A model generated the notes under the pieces. That model had not been told where the DNA came from and searched no databases. It saw only the letters and a list, made by a program, of their open reading frames with translations. Of a stretch of DNA of 64,000 nucleotides, positions 32,237 to 42,063 are shown in pieces. The position numbers and the translations under genes were made by a program. The stretch comes from Patescibacteria group bacterium (GTDB lineage: Bacteria; Patescibacteriota; Patescibacteriia; UBA2591; UBA6264): the NCBI GenBank assembly GCA_021735685.1, contig JAIPGN010000002.1, positions 3,183 through 67,182 on the forward strand, written 5' to 3'. How positions within the stretch are numbered: position 1 is the first letter of the stretch; every line of letters starts with the position of its first letter.

Positions 32237-33602
32237 TCTTTTTAGTTAAAACAATAGGAACGGTCATTAAAATAATTTGCAAATCTAAAAGTAAAGACCA
32301 ATTCTCAATATAATAAATATCTAATTCTGCTTCTTTATTAAAGGATAGATCCGAACGACCAGAAATTTGAGCTAAACCAGTTAAGCCCGGCTTAATGGTT
32401 AATAATTGTTTGTGCTCTCTTTCATACTTTGATATCTCTTGCGGTTCATGAGGTCGCGGTCCCACTAAACTCATCTCTCCTTTGAAAATATTAAGAAGTT
32501 GAGGCAATTCATCTAAGCTAGTCTGACGAAGAATTTTTCCAAAACGAGTAATACGAGGATCGTTTTTCATTTTAAATAAAGGTCCCGACCTTTCGTTGCG
32601 TGACATTAAATCTTTCTTAAGATGAGCTGCATTGGGAACCATAGAACGAAATTTATATAACATAAAATGTTTATTTTTTTGACCCACTCTCTCTAATTTA
32701 ACCAAAGCCGATCCCGGAGAATCCAGCTTAATGATGATAGCTAAAATCAAAAAAAGAGGCCAAAGAAGAAGCAGTCCCAAGGCTGAAACTAATAAATCAA
32801 AAGCTCTTTTGGCGATTCTCCCCCAACCCTGAAGAGCAGTTTGGTTAAGGGTAATGACCGGAAAACCACTTAAAGTCTCTACCTCAATGTTACTTAATAG
32901 GGATCCAAAAACATCAGCCACATATCTGAAAATAATTTGGTTTTCTTGACAAAGGCCGACAACCGAAAGCATTTCCGATCTTTCAGCAAAGGGCTCAAAT
33001 TGAATAATTTGATTTATTTCTCGGAAACGATTTGACCAATTTTCCTTTAAGTCCGAAAAATTTAACGGATTACCTAAAACCCGATAGCCAAACCCTGGAT
33101 TATTCTTTAAAAGCTGAATCATTTCTCTAGCTTCTGAGCTTTGTCCTAAAATTAAAATCGGTTCTAAATTTTTTCCTTTTTTGTAAGCAATTAGCTCTGC
33201 TCCATGAATTAAAATTCTCCCTAAGCTAACAAAAAGGAAAGAAATTAACCAAGCTGCTAAAACAATAAAACGAGAAGAAAAATATTCTCCTCTGAAAAAA
33301 ATAAAAAGCACTACCGACATAATCCCTAAAGAGCAAGCAATAAAAACCTTAGGGAGTTCTCGAGAAAAACGTTTTTTGCTACGGAGATTATACAAGCCCG
33401 CTCCCGCAAAGACAGCCAACCAAAGCAGGGCAATAATCAAAATAGACCATAAATATTGTCGAAAAGGAATTTCATAAATCACCGGCCTTAATTGATCCAA
33501 AGCGCTAAAACGTAAAAAATAAACAAAAATACCTGAGCAGACCAACATTAAATAGTCAACCGGAACCAATAGACTAACAAAAACTAAATCTCCTTTCTTC
33601 AT
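32226..33602 (-). CDS. Exopolysaccharide polyprenyl-phosphate sugar transferase (WcaJ/WbaP-like)
   Basis: KRAFD, KFRSM, LDELPQL..GEMSLVGPRP motifs; start moved to ATG 33602 because the longer ORF overlaps rnpB. Confidence 0.92.
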   Translation of the reverse strand: MKKGDLVFVSLLVPVDYLMLVCSGIFVYFLRFSALDQLRPVIYEIPFRQYLWSILIIALLWLAVFAGAGLYNLRSKKRFSRELPKVFIACSLGIMSVVLFIFFRGEYFSSRFIVLAAWLISFLFVSLGRILIHGAELIAYKKGKNLEPILILGQSSEAREMIQLLKNNPGFGYRVLGNPLNFSDLKENWSNRFREINQIIQFEPFAERSEMLSVVGLCQENQIIFRYVADVFGSLLSNIEVETLSGFPVITLNQTALQGWGRIAKRAFDLLVSALGLLLLWPLFLILAIIIKLDSPGSALVKLERVGQKNKHFMLYKFRSMVPNAAHLKKDLMSRNERSGPLFKMKNDPRITRFGKILRQTSLDELPQLLNIFKGEMSLVGPRPHEPQEISKYEREHKQLLTIKPGLTGLAQISGRSDLSFNKEAELDIYYIENWSLLLDLQIILMTVPIVLTKKNAV

Positions 33603-33677
33603 ATTATTTATTATAGCAAAAAAATAAAGCACTGTTAACAAAAGTAGCTCAGCCTTAAAGACTGAACTACTTTTGTT

Positions 33678-34032
33678 GATTAGTTCTTCATAAGCCGAAT
33701 TCTGTACCACTTGCTAAAAAAACAAGCAGGATGGCTATTTATCTAGGCCTAATGTTACCATTAGGCTCTAACGACCCACCAAAATTTGGTCTTGCACTCA
33801 AGTAAGGATTTAGCCGTTTCACCCCTACATTTCTGTAGGATTACCCCATCTTTCAAAGGGGCGCTCGACCTTTCGGTCTTGCGCGTCTCTGTTCGCACCT
33901 CTATCAATTTTGCCCAAAGGCAAAATTGACGACGGGCGTTACCCGCTACCCGGCTCCTTCCAAAGAAGGAAGTGTTCGGACTTTCCTCTCGGCAGCCCAT
34001 GGGGCTACCCAGCAGCCATCTCCGAACCAATC
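33678..34032 (-). ncRNA. rnpB: RNase P RNA
   Basis: Minus strand contains GAGGAAAGTCCG and ACAGAATTCGGCTTAT (P4 halves); termini GATTGGTTC/GAACTAATC pair as P1; TATAAT lies just upstream. Confidence 0.93.
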
Positions 34033-34063
34033 TTTTTCAATTATAGCAAAAAAAAGAAAAAAA

Positions 34064-34471
34064 TCAAGTTTTAAGATGACGATCAATTACTTCATTAACC
34101 AAAGAATCTGCTTCCTTATTCTTTTCTCGAGGAATGTGATAAAAATTAATATTTTCAAAAAATTGAGATAAATTCCAAACCTTTAAGAACAATTTTCCTA
34201 GTTTTGGATTTTTAACTTTAAAACGACGATTTAATTGTTCAACAACTAATTGACTATCCAGATAACAATCTACTTTTTTTGCTGACAAAGATTTTGCTTT
34301 TTCTAATCCTAAGATTAAAGCTTCATATTCGGCTTGATTATTCGTGCTTGAGCCTAAAAATCGAGAGGTCTTTTTAATTAAATTCATTTTCTTATCGTAA
34401 ATTACCGCCCCTGCTCCTCCCGGACCAGGATTACCTCGCGCGCCGCCATCACTATAGATAATAAATTTCAT
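34064..34471 (-). CDS. rnhA: Ribonuclease HI (Ty1/archaeal-type family)
   Basis: DGGARGNPG, TNNQAEY, DSQLV and NKEADSL motifs. Confidence 0.93.
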   Translation of the reverse strand: MKFIIYSDGGARGNPGPGGAGAVIYDKKMNLIKKTSRFLGSSTNNQAEYEALILGLEKAKSLSAKKVDCYLDSQLVVEQLNRRFKVKNPKLGKLFLKVWNLSQFFENINFYHIPREKNKEADSLVNEVIDRHLKT

Positions 34472-34483
34472 TTTCTAATTTTT

Positions 34484-36169
34484 TTATGACTTTTTAATAT
34501 CTGAAACATTTAATTGCAACTCTTGAGTGCCGTTCCATTGATTAATTTCTAAACGAAAAACAACATCAATTTTTTCTCCTGGACGAAAATTAACCATTTT
34601 TTGAGCTGAGTTAAAATAAATCATTTTTCGACCACCTTCCACAAATAGACGATAATGCTTACCACCTCGTCCCACTGCTTGTATTTTTTCTAAAATAACT
34701 CCCGCTAACAAAAACTTAGGACAAGGATTCCCAAAACCAAAAGGCTGAAAATTAATAAACTTCTCGTAAAAATCCCAACTGATGTCATCTGGTTCCAATT
34801 GAGCTTCAATTTTTAAAAAAGGTTTTAGGTCTTTAGCAGCTAAAGCCTTCTTGCTTCTTTCCTGAACACTTTTTTGAAAAGCTTCCCAAGATTTTTCATT
34901 TTTCAAGGTAAAACCTACGGCCCCACTATGCCCACCAAAATTTTTAAAATGTTTTTCTTCTTGTCGCAAAAAAGTAAATAGATCAAAATTATCAATTGAG
35001 CGACCAGAGCCACTAATTTCGCCCTCTTTCTTACTCAAAACTAAAGCCGGGCGATAAAAAGCATCAACTAATTTATTGGCCACTAGTCCTAAAATTCCTC
35101 CTGGCCAATCCTCTCCCAAAGCAACAATAATCTTTTCTCGCGGTTTAACTTGAATAGATTTGAAAATTTTCTCAGTTATCTTTTGCCTTTGAGTATTCAG
35201 GGAGTTTAAATTTTGAGCCCACTCTTCGGCTTTAACCAAAGTAGAAGATAAAAATAAATTCAGGGCATCAGTAGCTTGATTAATGCGTCCAGCCGCATTA
35301 ATCCTCGGACTAAGACGAAAACTAATGTCTTCCGAGCTTAAACCCTTGGGAGTTAAAGAAGAAACCTTAATCAAAGACTTTAGTCCTAAATTTCTAGTTT
35401 TATTTAAAACCACTAAGCCGTACTTAACTAAAACTCTATTTTCGCCCAAAAGAGGCATAGAATCTGCCACCGTGCCCAAAGCCACTAAATCTAAAAGCCA
35501 TTTTTCAGTTGCTTCTTTGTTTTTTAAAACACACTCTTTAGATCTTAAAAGGGCTTGCCCTAGCTTAAAAGCAACCCCCACTCCTGCTAAAAAGCGGAAG
35601 GGATACTTTTCCCTTTTAAGCTGAGGATTAATAATAGCCAAGGCGTTTGGTAAATGACGAGGCTCAAGATGATGATCAGTGACAATCACATCTAAACCAG
35701 CAGAGTTAGCTAAATCTATCTCCTCTTTATTGGAAACTCCACAATCACAAGTAATAATCAGATTAAATTTTTCTTTAATAAATCTTTCAATTGCTCCTTG
35801 ATTCAATCCATAACCATCTATTTCCCGGTTTGGAATATAAAAATGTAAATTAACAGCTCCCAATTTTTTTAAAAGTTTAAATAAAATTGTAGTTGAAGTC
35901 ACTCCATCTGTGTCATAATCACCGCAAATCACAATTTTTTCTTTCTTTTTAATGGCTTGATATATTCTCTTTACCGCTACTTTCATATCTTGGAGTAAAA
36001 AAGGATCATGCACGTCCTGAGAATAATCTGGTCGCAGAAATTCATCAATTTTTTCTTGATTATCCAAACCTCGATTAAAAAGTAATTGCAAAATTACCGG
36101 ATGAACTTCCGGAAATTTATCTTGAAATTTTTTTGAAATTGAAGGGGCAATGCGCCAAATTTTATCCAT
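34484..36169 (-). CDS. recJ: ssDNA exonuclease RecJ
   Basis: GDYDTDG, DCG, TDHH, PRINAAGR and GGH motifs. Confidence 0.96.
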   Translation of the reverse strand: MDKIWRIAPSISKKFQDKFPEVHPVILQLLFNRGLDNQEKIDEFLRPDYSQDVHDPFLLQDMKVAVKRIYQAIKKKEKIVICGDYDTDGVTSTTILFKLLKKLGAVNLHFYIPNREIDGYGLNQGAIERFIKEKFNLIITCDCGVSNKEEIDLANSAGLDVIVTDHHLEPRHLPNALAIINPQLKREKYPFRFLAGVGVAFKLGQALLRSKECVLKNKEATEKWLLDLVALGTVADSMPLLGENRVLVKYGLVVLNKTRNLGLKSLIKVSSLTPKGLSSEDISFRLSPRINAAGRINQATDALNLFLSSTLVKAEEWAQNLNSLNTQRQKITEKIFKSIQVKPREKIIVALGEDWPGGILGLVANKLVDAFYRPALVLSKKEGEISGSGRSIDNFDLFTFLRQEEKHFKNFGGHSGAVGFTLKNEKSWEAFQKSVQERSKKALAAKDLKPFLKIEAQLEPDDISWDFYEKFINFQPFGFGNPCPKFLLAGVILEKIQAVGRGGKHYRLFVEGGRKMIYFNSAQKMVNFRPGEKIDVVFRLEINQWNGTQELQLNVSDIKKS

Positions 36170-36174
36170 TTTTT

Positions 36175-37293
36175 TTATTTATATACCCGAGGAATATCTT
36201 GATTAATTCTAGTCACCACCTCATAATTAATCGTTCCTATTTTTTGAGCCCAATCTTCAGCATTAGCTAAAGTATTTTCCTCTCCTGCTAGAAGAAGGGC
36301 CTTGTCTCCTGCTTTTATCTCTTTAACCTGAGAAACATCCACCATGATAAGATTCATGCAAACTCGCCCTCGCACCGGGCAAGAAACACCCTTAACAATA
36401 ACCACTCCTTGATTAGAAAGATGGCGATCATAACCATCAGCATATCCCACTGGCAAAACTGCAATTTTAGTTTTCTTTTTAGTGACAAAAGTTCGATCAT
36501 AACCAATTGAAGTTCCCGCCTTTAATTCTTTGACTTGAATCACCTTAGTCCACCAAGATAAAACTGGTTTCAAAAACAAAGAAAGTTGAGCCGCTCTTTG
36601 ACGAGTATAATTAGAGGGCCATAAACCATAAAGAGCAATTCCCAAACGGACCATATTAAAAAGAGAATTTTGGGTATTAATAATGGCAGCAGAACAAGCA
36701 GCGTGGGAAAAAGGAGCTTCCTTAGTTTGAATAATTTCTTGAAATTTCTTGGTTTGCTGATCAGCATAAGACTGATCCTCTGACTCCGAATCAGCGTAAT
36801 GAGTAAAAATTCCTCTTAAATTTAAAAAATCACTATCTTTGATTTTTTTACTTAAAGCTAGGGCCTCTCTTGAACCTTGAACTCCGATCCGACTGGCTCC
36901 TGTATCTACTTTAAGGTGAACATTAATCTTTTTCTTTAACTCTTGTCCTATTTGATCTAAGAAGGTAATTTGCTCTAAATTATAAACCGGAAAATCTACT
37001 TCTTGTCGAACTCCCGCCTTAATCTTCAATCTTTCAAGAGGATAGTAGCTTAAAATAAAAATAGGGGCTGAAATTTTATTAGCCCGCAACCATAAAGCCT
37101 CATTCAAATTTGCCACTCCCAGCCAATCAGCTCCTTCTTTTAAGCAAATTTTAGATACTTCCAAAATGCCATGCCCGTAAGCATTAGATTTCACAATTAC
37201 CATCAATTTCCTCTGCTTGCCAATCAATTGCCGAAATTGTTGCAAATTATTTTTTAAACGAGACTTGCTTATTTCAACCCAAGTTAAAGGCAT
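36175..37293 (-). CDS. alr: Alanine racemase
   Basis: VKSNAYGHG, HLKVDTG, GYADG and GRVCM motifs. Confidence 0.96.
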   Translation of the reverse strand: MPLTWVEISKSRLKNNLQQFRQLIGKQRKLMVIVKSNAYGHGILEVSKICLKEGADWLGVANLNEALWLRANKISAPIFILSYYPLERLKIKAGVRQEVDFPVYNLEQITFLDQIGQELKKKINVHLKVDTGASRIGVQGSREALALSKKIKDSDFLNLRGIFTHYADSESEDQSYADQQTKKFQEIIQTKEAPFSHAACSAAIINTQNSLFNMVRLGIALYGLWPSNYTRQRAAQLSLFLKPVLSWWTKVIQVKELKAGTSIGYDRTFVTKKKTKIAVLPVGYADGYDRHLSNQGVVIVKGVSCPVRGRVCMNLIMVDVSQVKEIKAGDKALLLAGEENTLANAEDWAQKIGTINYEVVTRINQDIPRVYK

Positions 37294-37322
37294 ATAAAAG
37301 ATAATTATTAAATGAAAAAACT

Positions 37323-38795
37323 TTATTTTTTGTCTCGTGGTGGTTGAGCTTTAAGAGTAGGAAACAAAATAACCTCTCTAATATTTTGAGTATTAGTTAA
37401 AATGTTAACCAAGCGATCAATTCCAATTCCTTCTCCAGCAGTAGGAGGCATTCCATACTTAAGAGCTGTAACAAACTCTTCGTCAGCAGCCTGAGCCTCT
37501 TCATCTCCCTTATCTTGTAATTTCTTTTGTTCCTTAAATCGGGCCGCTTGATCCAAAGGATCATTTAGTTCGGAAAAAGCATTACAGGTCTCCAAACCGT
37601 TAACCAGTAATTGAAATCTTTCCACATAAGCAGGCCTCTCTTTGATTTTTTTAGCTAAAGGCGAAAGCTCTAAAGGATGATTAATAATAAAAATCGGTTG
37701 TTTAGCTTGAGATAAAACGAATTTTTTATAAATTTCATCTAAAATTCTACCTCGACCCCAGGTTTTATCTAAAGCCAACCCTTTTTTCTTAGCCTCAGCC
37801 GCTAATTGCTCCCGCTCCGGATACTGATCAATATCAATCCCTGCTTTCTCAATTAAAGCTTCCCGAAAGTCCCAGCGCGGGTAAGGGGGCGTAAAGTCAA
37901 TCTTTTGGCCCTGAAATTCTATTTTCATTCCCAGTCCCAATCCTTTCAACAAAAAAACCATTAATTCCTCGGTTAGTTGCATTAGATCTTGATAATCAGC
38001 ATAAGCTTGATAAAACTCCACTTGCGTAAATTCGGGACTATGAGTGCGATCTATCCCCTCATTCCGAAAGCAACGGGCAACCTCATAGACTCTTTCCAGA
38101 TTTCCAATTATTAATCTTTTCAAATATAATTCTGGAGCTACTCGTAAATATAAATCTCGATCTAGGGCTTGATGATGAGTCACAAAGGGTTTAGCCGTGG
38201 CTCCCCCGGCTAAAGATTGAAGAATCGGAGTTTCCACCTCCATAAAATTTCTTTGGTTCAAAAACTCTCTAATCAGCTTTATGGTTTTACTTCTTGTAGT
38301 AAAAATTTTACGAACTTCGGGGTTAGCAATCAAGTCCAAATAACGTTGTCGAAATCTCTTCTCAGGATCAGACAAACCATGCCATTTTTCTGGGAGAGGT
38401 AAGAGAGATTTAGATAAAAGACGATAAGAATTAAGACGAAGAGTTTTTTCACCCTTTTTGGTAAGAAAAACCTTTCCTTGAACCTGTAAAAAATCCCCCA
38501 AATCTATATTTTCTTTAAAAAAATTATAAGCCTCCTCACCTAAATCATCTTGAGCTAAAAAAAGCTGAAAACGACCAGAGCCGTCCTCTAAATTAGCAAA
38601 ACAAACCTTACCATGTAAACGCAAAAGCACTAACCGACCCGCCAAAGTTATCTCTTTTTCTTTTTTTTCTATTTGATCAAAGTCCAGAGTTGCTTTTTGG
38701 CAGAGATAATCACGTTGCGCTCGCGCTGGATAAGGATCTACTCCGTTTTTTATAATATTTTTTAATTTTTGCTCGCGATCACTAATAATTCCCAT
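37323..38795 (-). CDS. lysS: Lysine--tRNA ligase (class II)
   Basis: RQRYLDL, LRVAPELYLKRL and GMPPTAGEGIGIDRL motifs. Confidence 0.98.
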   Translation of the reverse strand: MGIISDREQKLKNIIKNGVDPYPARAQRDYLCQKATLDFDQIEKKEKEITLAGRLVLLRLHGKVCFANLEDGSGRFQLFLAQDDLGEEAYNFFKENIDLGDFLQVQGKVFLTKKGEKTLRLNSYRLLSKSLLPLPEKWHGLSDPEKRFRQRYLDLIANPEVRKIFTTRSKTIKLIREFLNQRNFMEVETPILQSLAGGATAKPFVTHHQALDRDLYLRVAPELYLKRLIIGNLERVYEVARCFRNEGIDRTHSPEFTQVEFYQAYADYQDLMQLTEELMVFLLKGLGLGMKIEFQGQKIDFTPPYPRWDFREALIEKAGIDIDQYPEREQLAAEAKKKGLALDKTWGRGRILDEIYKKFVLSQAKQPIFIINHPLELSPLAKKIKERPAYVERFQLLVNGLETCNAFSELNDPLDQAARFKEQKKLQDKGDEEAQAADEEFVTALKYGMPPTAGEGIGIDRLVNILTNTQNIREVILFPTLKAQPPRDKK

Positions 38796-38861
38796 AAACT
38801 TAGATTAAAACTATATTTAATTTTAGCAATTGAAAGGAAAAAAAACAAGAAAACAAGTTTT

Positions 38862-39323
38862 TTATTCAGCCTTAATAACCTTCACCTTCATAATCACACC
38901 AGTAGGAGTCTTGAAATCTACTTTTTGCCCAGCCTTTTGTCCAATTAAAAGACGCCCCAAAGGAGACTCACAGGAAAGGCAACCCTGACTGGGATTGGCT
39001 TCATTGCTACCAACTATTGAATACTCTTTCTTTTGAGAATTAATCTCCAAAGTTACTTTTGATCCCAAAGAAATTACGTCTCCTTTTTTTTGATCATGAT
39101 CAATAACTTTAGAATTCTGTAGAATCTTTTTTAAATTCTTAACCCTCATTTCAGCTAAAGCTTGATCCTCTTTAGCTGTCTCAAATTCAGCATTTTCCGA
39201 TAAATCACCCATTTCAATAGCTAGTCTAATCCTCTCTACAATTTGAGGGATTTTCACTTTTTGTAAAAATTCTAATTCTTCCAGTATTTTTTTTCTTCCC
39301 GCAGGAGTTAAATATTCAGTCAT
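38862..39323 (-). CDS. greA: Transcription elongation factor GreA
   Basis: GDLSENAEF and SPLGRLL motifs. Confidence 0.95.
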   Translation of the reverse strand: MTEYLTPAGRKKILEELEFLQKVKIPQIVERIRLAIEMGDLSENAEFETAKEDQALAEMRVKNLKKILQNSKVIDHDQKKGDVISLGSKVTLEINSQKKEYSIVGSNEANPSQGCLSCESPLGRLLIGQKAGQKVDFKTPTGVIMKVKVIKAE

Positions 39324-39441
39324 AATTAAACGAATTTAATTGAATAAAGGAAACAAAAAATAGACGCCGTCCTTCCGGCACCAAATAATGCCTTGATTAA
39401 ATCAATGTATTAAATTTTGCTTTACTAAATCTTTTCAGTTA

Positions 39442-39774
39442 TTAGGTAAATAATTTTCTGATATCCTCTGGCACTGGCACTTCTCTCCTTTTACTCACTC
39501 CCGGATATCTCCAAACTGTGATAATTTTAATCCTTCCTGGCTGATCTGGGTCAGGTTGACCCATCATCCATATTTCGGTGGGGCGTCGTCGTGAACCAAC
39601 GGTCTGCATTCGAGCCATGGTTCCTGGGACGATTCCCTCTTCTTGGCGGTGATAACGGTAAAATAAATTTTTAATTCTAGATTCGGAGAGTTGATAATAT
39701 CTCATTTTTTCTTGGGCGTGCTTAGTCCAAAAAAAATTTTTATTATTTTGAGGGAATTTAAAGAAAAAAGCCAT
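39442..39774 (-). CDS. Conserved hypothetical protein (DUF4258/BrnT-like fold suspected)
   Basis: WTKHAQEKM...IITVWRYP pattern. Confidence 0.55.
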   Translation of the reverse strand: MAFFFKFPQNNKNFFWTKHAQEKMRYYQLSESRIKNLFYRYHRQEEGIVPGTMARMQTVGSRRRPTEIWMMGQPDPDQPGRIKIITVWRYPGVSKRREVPVPEDIRKLFT

Positions 39775-39780
39775 TAAATA

Positions 39781-41031
39781 CTAATATGAAAATAAATTCT
39801 TGAAAAGGTTTTTAACGCCTTGACCTATTTTAGATGGGCGCCCCCCTCCTCCAAGTCCTTTGCTAGTCTTATTAGTTTCAAAACGTCTACTTCCCCAGAT
39901 TGCCAAGCCTACTGCCGTAGCAAAATCAATATCAAAGGCCTTGTCATTTTCACTAACAAAGCCCTGCGGAGAAGCTAAAGCAGAAGGAACCTTAAATACA
40001 TCTTTAGCTATTTCAGTCAAACCCTCCAATTTAGAACCTGCGCCTGCAAGAACTACACCTCCTGGTAATTTTCCTTGCCGATCAATAGTGGCCAATTCTT
40101 CATTAACTAATTTAAATATTTTTTCACAACGACTACGGATAATTTTAGAAATATCTTTCTTGGTCGCTGAACCTTTCTCCCGCTGGTCAATCTCATTAAA
40201 ATCAATTTTCTCCGACTTCCCCGACTTTAAGGGCAAAGCAGTGCCATAATTAATCTTGATCTCTTCTGCCAAATTAATAGGGACTCTTAATCCAATCGCC
40301 AAATCAGTAGTGATATAACGAGAAGCATAGGGAATAATTTTAACACTTAAAATTTTTCCTTCTTCAAAAACCGCTATATTGGTAGTAGTATTTCCTAAGT
40401 TAACTAATAAAACTCCTAACTCTTTCTGTTTTTTATCTAAAACAATTTCAGCGGTAGCCAAAGGATTAACCACCAATTCGTTAAGCCTTACTCCCACGCG
40501 ATTAAAACATTTCTTAAGAGTTTTAACTTGGTTGTTAAGTCCTAAAATAACCTGAGCATCAACTTCTAAACGAGTGCCGGTCATCCCCACGGGATCAACA
40601 ATCCCGGGTTGATTATCAATAGAAAAACTACGAGGCAAAATATGCAAAATATCATAATTCGCTGGAGCTGCTGCTGTTTGAGCTGCCCCACAAACTCGGG
40701 TCACATCTTCCTGTTTTACTTCTGCGTCAGGATGAGAAACAGAAACCACTCCCTTGCTTTCTTGAGAAACAATATGCGTGCCAGAGATCCCAGCAAAAAC
40801 ATCTTGAACGGCCAAACCAATAACTTCTTCTAATTTTTCCAAACAAGCCGAAATACTAGAAACAGCATCTTCAATATTAGTAACTTCACCCTTGCTGATC
40901 CCTTCTGAATTAGATTCAGCCACTCCAATAATATCTAAAATGCCATCAGGACGCATTTGTCCAGCTGCCATTCTAATAGAACTAGATCCCAAATCTACTC
41001 CGGTAATAATTTTTCTCTTATTGCCAACCAT
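39781..41031 (-). CDS. ftsA: Cell division protein FtsA
   Basis: GVDLGSSSIR, PVGMTGTRLEV and GVVLAGAGSKL motifs. Confidence 0.93.
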   Translation of the reverse strand: MVGNKRKIITGVDLGSSSIRMAAGQMRPDGILDIIGVAESNSEGISKGEVTNIEDAVSSISACLEKLEEVIGLAVQDVFAGISGTHIVSQESKGVVSVSHPDAEVKQEDVTRVCGAAQTAAAPANYDILHILPRSFSIDNQPGIVDPVGMTGTRLEVDAQVILGLNNQVKTLKKCFNRVGVRLNELVVNPLATAEIVLDKKQKELGVLLVNLGNTTTNIAVFEEGKILSVKIIPYASRYITTDLAIGLRVPINLAEEIKINYGTALPLKSGKSEKIDFNEIDQREKGSATKKDISKIIRSRCEKIFKLVNEELATIDRQGKLPGGVVLAGAGSKLEGLTEIAKDVFKVPSALASPQGFVSENDKAFDIDFATAVGLAIWGSRRFETNKTSKGLGGGGRPSKIGQGVKNLFKNLFSY

Positions 41032-41046
41032 AAATAATTATCTTAT

Positions 41047-41445
41047 TTAATATTTTATTTTTTCTAAAATTTCTTTCTCTCGTGATTGCATCAAAAAAGC
41101 TTCTTCCTTCTGTTCGTGAGTATATCCCAAAATATGCAAAAATCCATGTAACAGCAAAAGGACTAATTCTTCCTTTACCCCCCTTCCTCTTTCTCTCGCT
41201 TGCTTTTTCAAAATCGGTCCACAAATCATAATTTCTGGAGGATCAATAAAAGACAAAACATCAGTGGCCTCATCTTTCTTGCGATATTTTTTGTTCCACT
41301 TCCTGATTTCACTCTCTCCCACAAAGACAACAGACAAATTTTCTGGACTTTGGCCAGGAAAAAAGGGAACAACTTGAGAGAAAAAATCTTGAATATCTTT
41401 TTTAGAGAAAGGAACAGCGACTAATTCATTAATTTCCACCAACAT
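41047..41445 (-). CDS. ybeY: rRNA maturation endoribonuclease YbeY
   Basis: TDVLSF and HGFLHILGYTH motifs. Confidence 0.93.
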   Translation of the reverse strand: MLVEINELVAVPFSKKDIQDFFSQVVPFFPGQSPENLSVVFVGESEIRKWNKKYRKKDEATDVLSFIDPPEIMICGPILKKQARERGRGVKEELVLLLLHGFLHILGYTHEQKEEAFLMQSREKEILEKIKY

Positions 41446-41448
41446 GCT

Positions 41449-41694
41449 TTATTTTTCCTCCTCTTCTTCAGAGGAATTCCCTTCTTCGCTTTTTTCCTCA
41501 GAAGCAAAATATTCAGCTTTTATGGCTTGACTCGGGCAATTTTCTTCAGCTAACTTATTGCAACCCAAATTTTCTACTAAAGCTTCTTTAACTTCTGCTT
41601 TATTTTCTTCGTTCATTTCAAAATTATTAGGACAAATAGCGCTACAAGCGCCACAGCCAATACATTTTTCCTGATCTAAGGTAATTTTAAACAT
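41449..41694 (-). CDS. Single-cluster 4Fe-4S ferredoxin
   Basis: CIGCGACSAICP...CP..AI motif. Confidence 0.9.
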   Translation of the reverse strand: MFKITLDQEKCIGCGACSAICPNNFEMNEENKAEVKEALVENLGCNKLAEENCPSQAIKAEYFASEEKSEEGNSSEEEEEK

Positions 41695-41726
41695 ATTTTT
41701 CTTTATTTTTAAGAATTTTTAAGAAA

Positions 41727-42002
41727 TTATTTCTTTTTTTTCTGAGAAGGCTCTTCTTCTTTAATCTCTTTAAAATCTTTCTTAATTTCTTCAGCTTCGC
41801 TTGCGATTTCGCTTTTCATTTCCTTGAAATCTCTTGCTGCTTTTTTAGCTCCAGCTAACAATTTTTCTTTAGTTTCTTCCATTTTCTCCTTCAATTCCTT
41901 TCGCGTATCCTTTCCTTTCTTCTTAGCAAAAAGCAAACCACCCAAAGCTCCTAAAAAACTACCCAAGATACCAACTTTTAAAATGTTTTTTAATTTTCCC
42001 AT
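41727..42002 (-). CDS. YtxH-domain protein
   Basis: GALGGLLFAKKKGKDTRKEL motif. Confidence 0.8.
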   Translation of the reverse strand: MGKLKNILKVGILGSFLGALGGLLFAKKKGKDTRKELKEKMEETKEKLLAGAKKAARDFKEMKSEIASEAEEIKKDFKEIKEEEPSQKKKK

Positions 42003-42063
42003 ATTAAATAATTTAAATTTATTATGTATCTATTTTACCACTTTTATATTTTTCGCCAATAAG

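Noticed and set aside
33761-34171. ORFs 33761-34030 and 33926-34171
   Set aside because: They overlap the RNase P RNA gene and are spurious.
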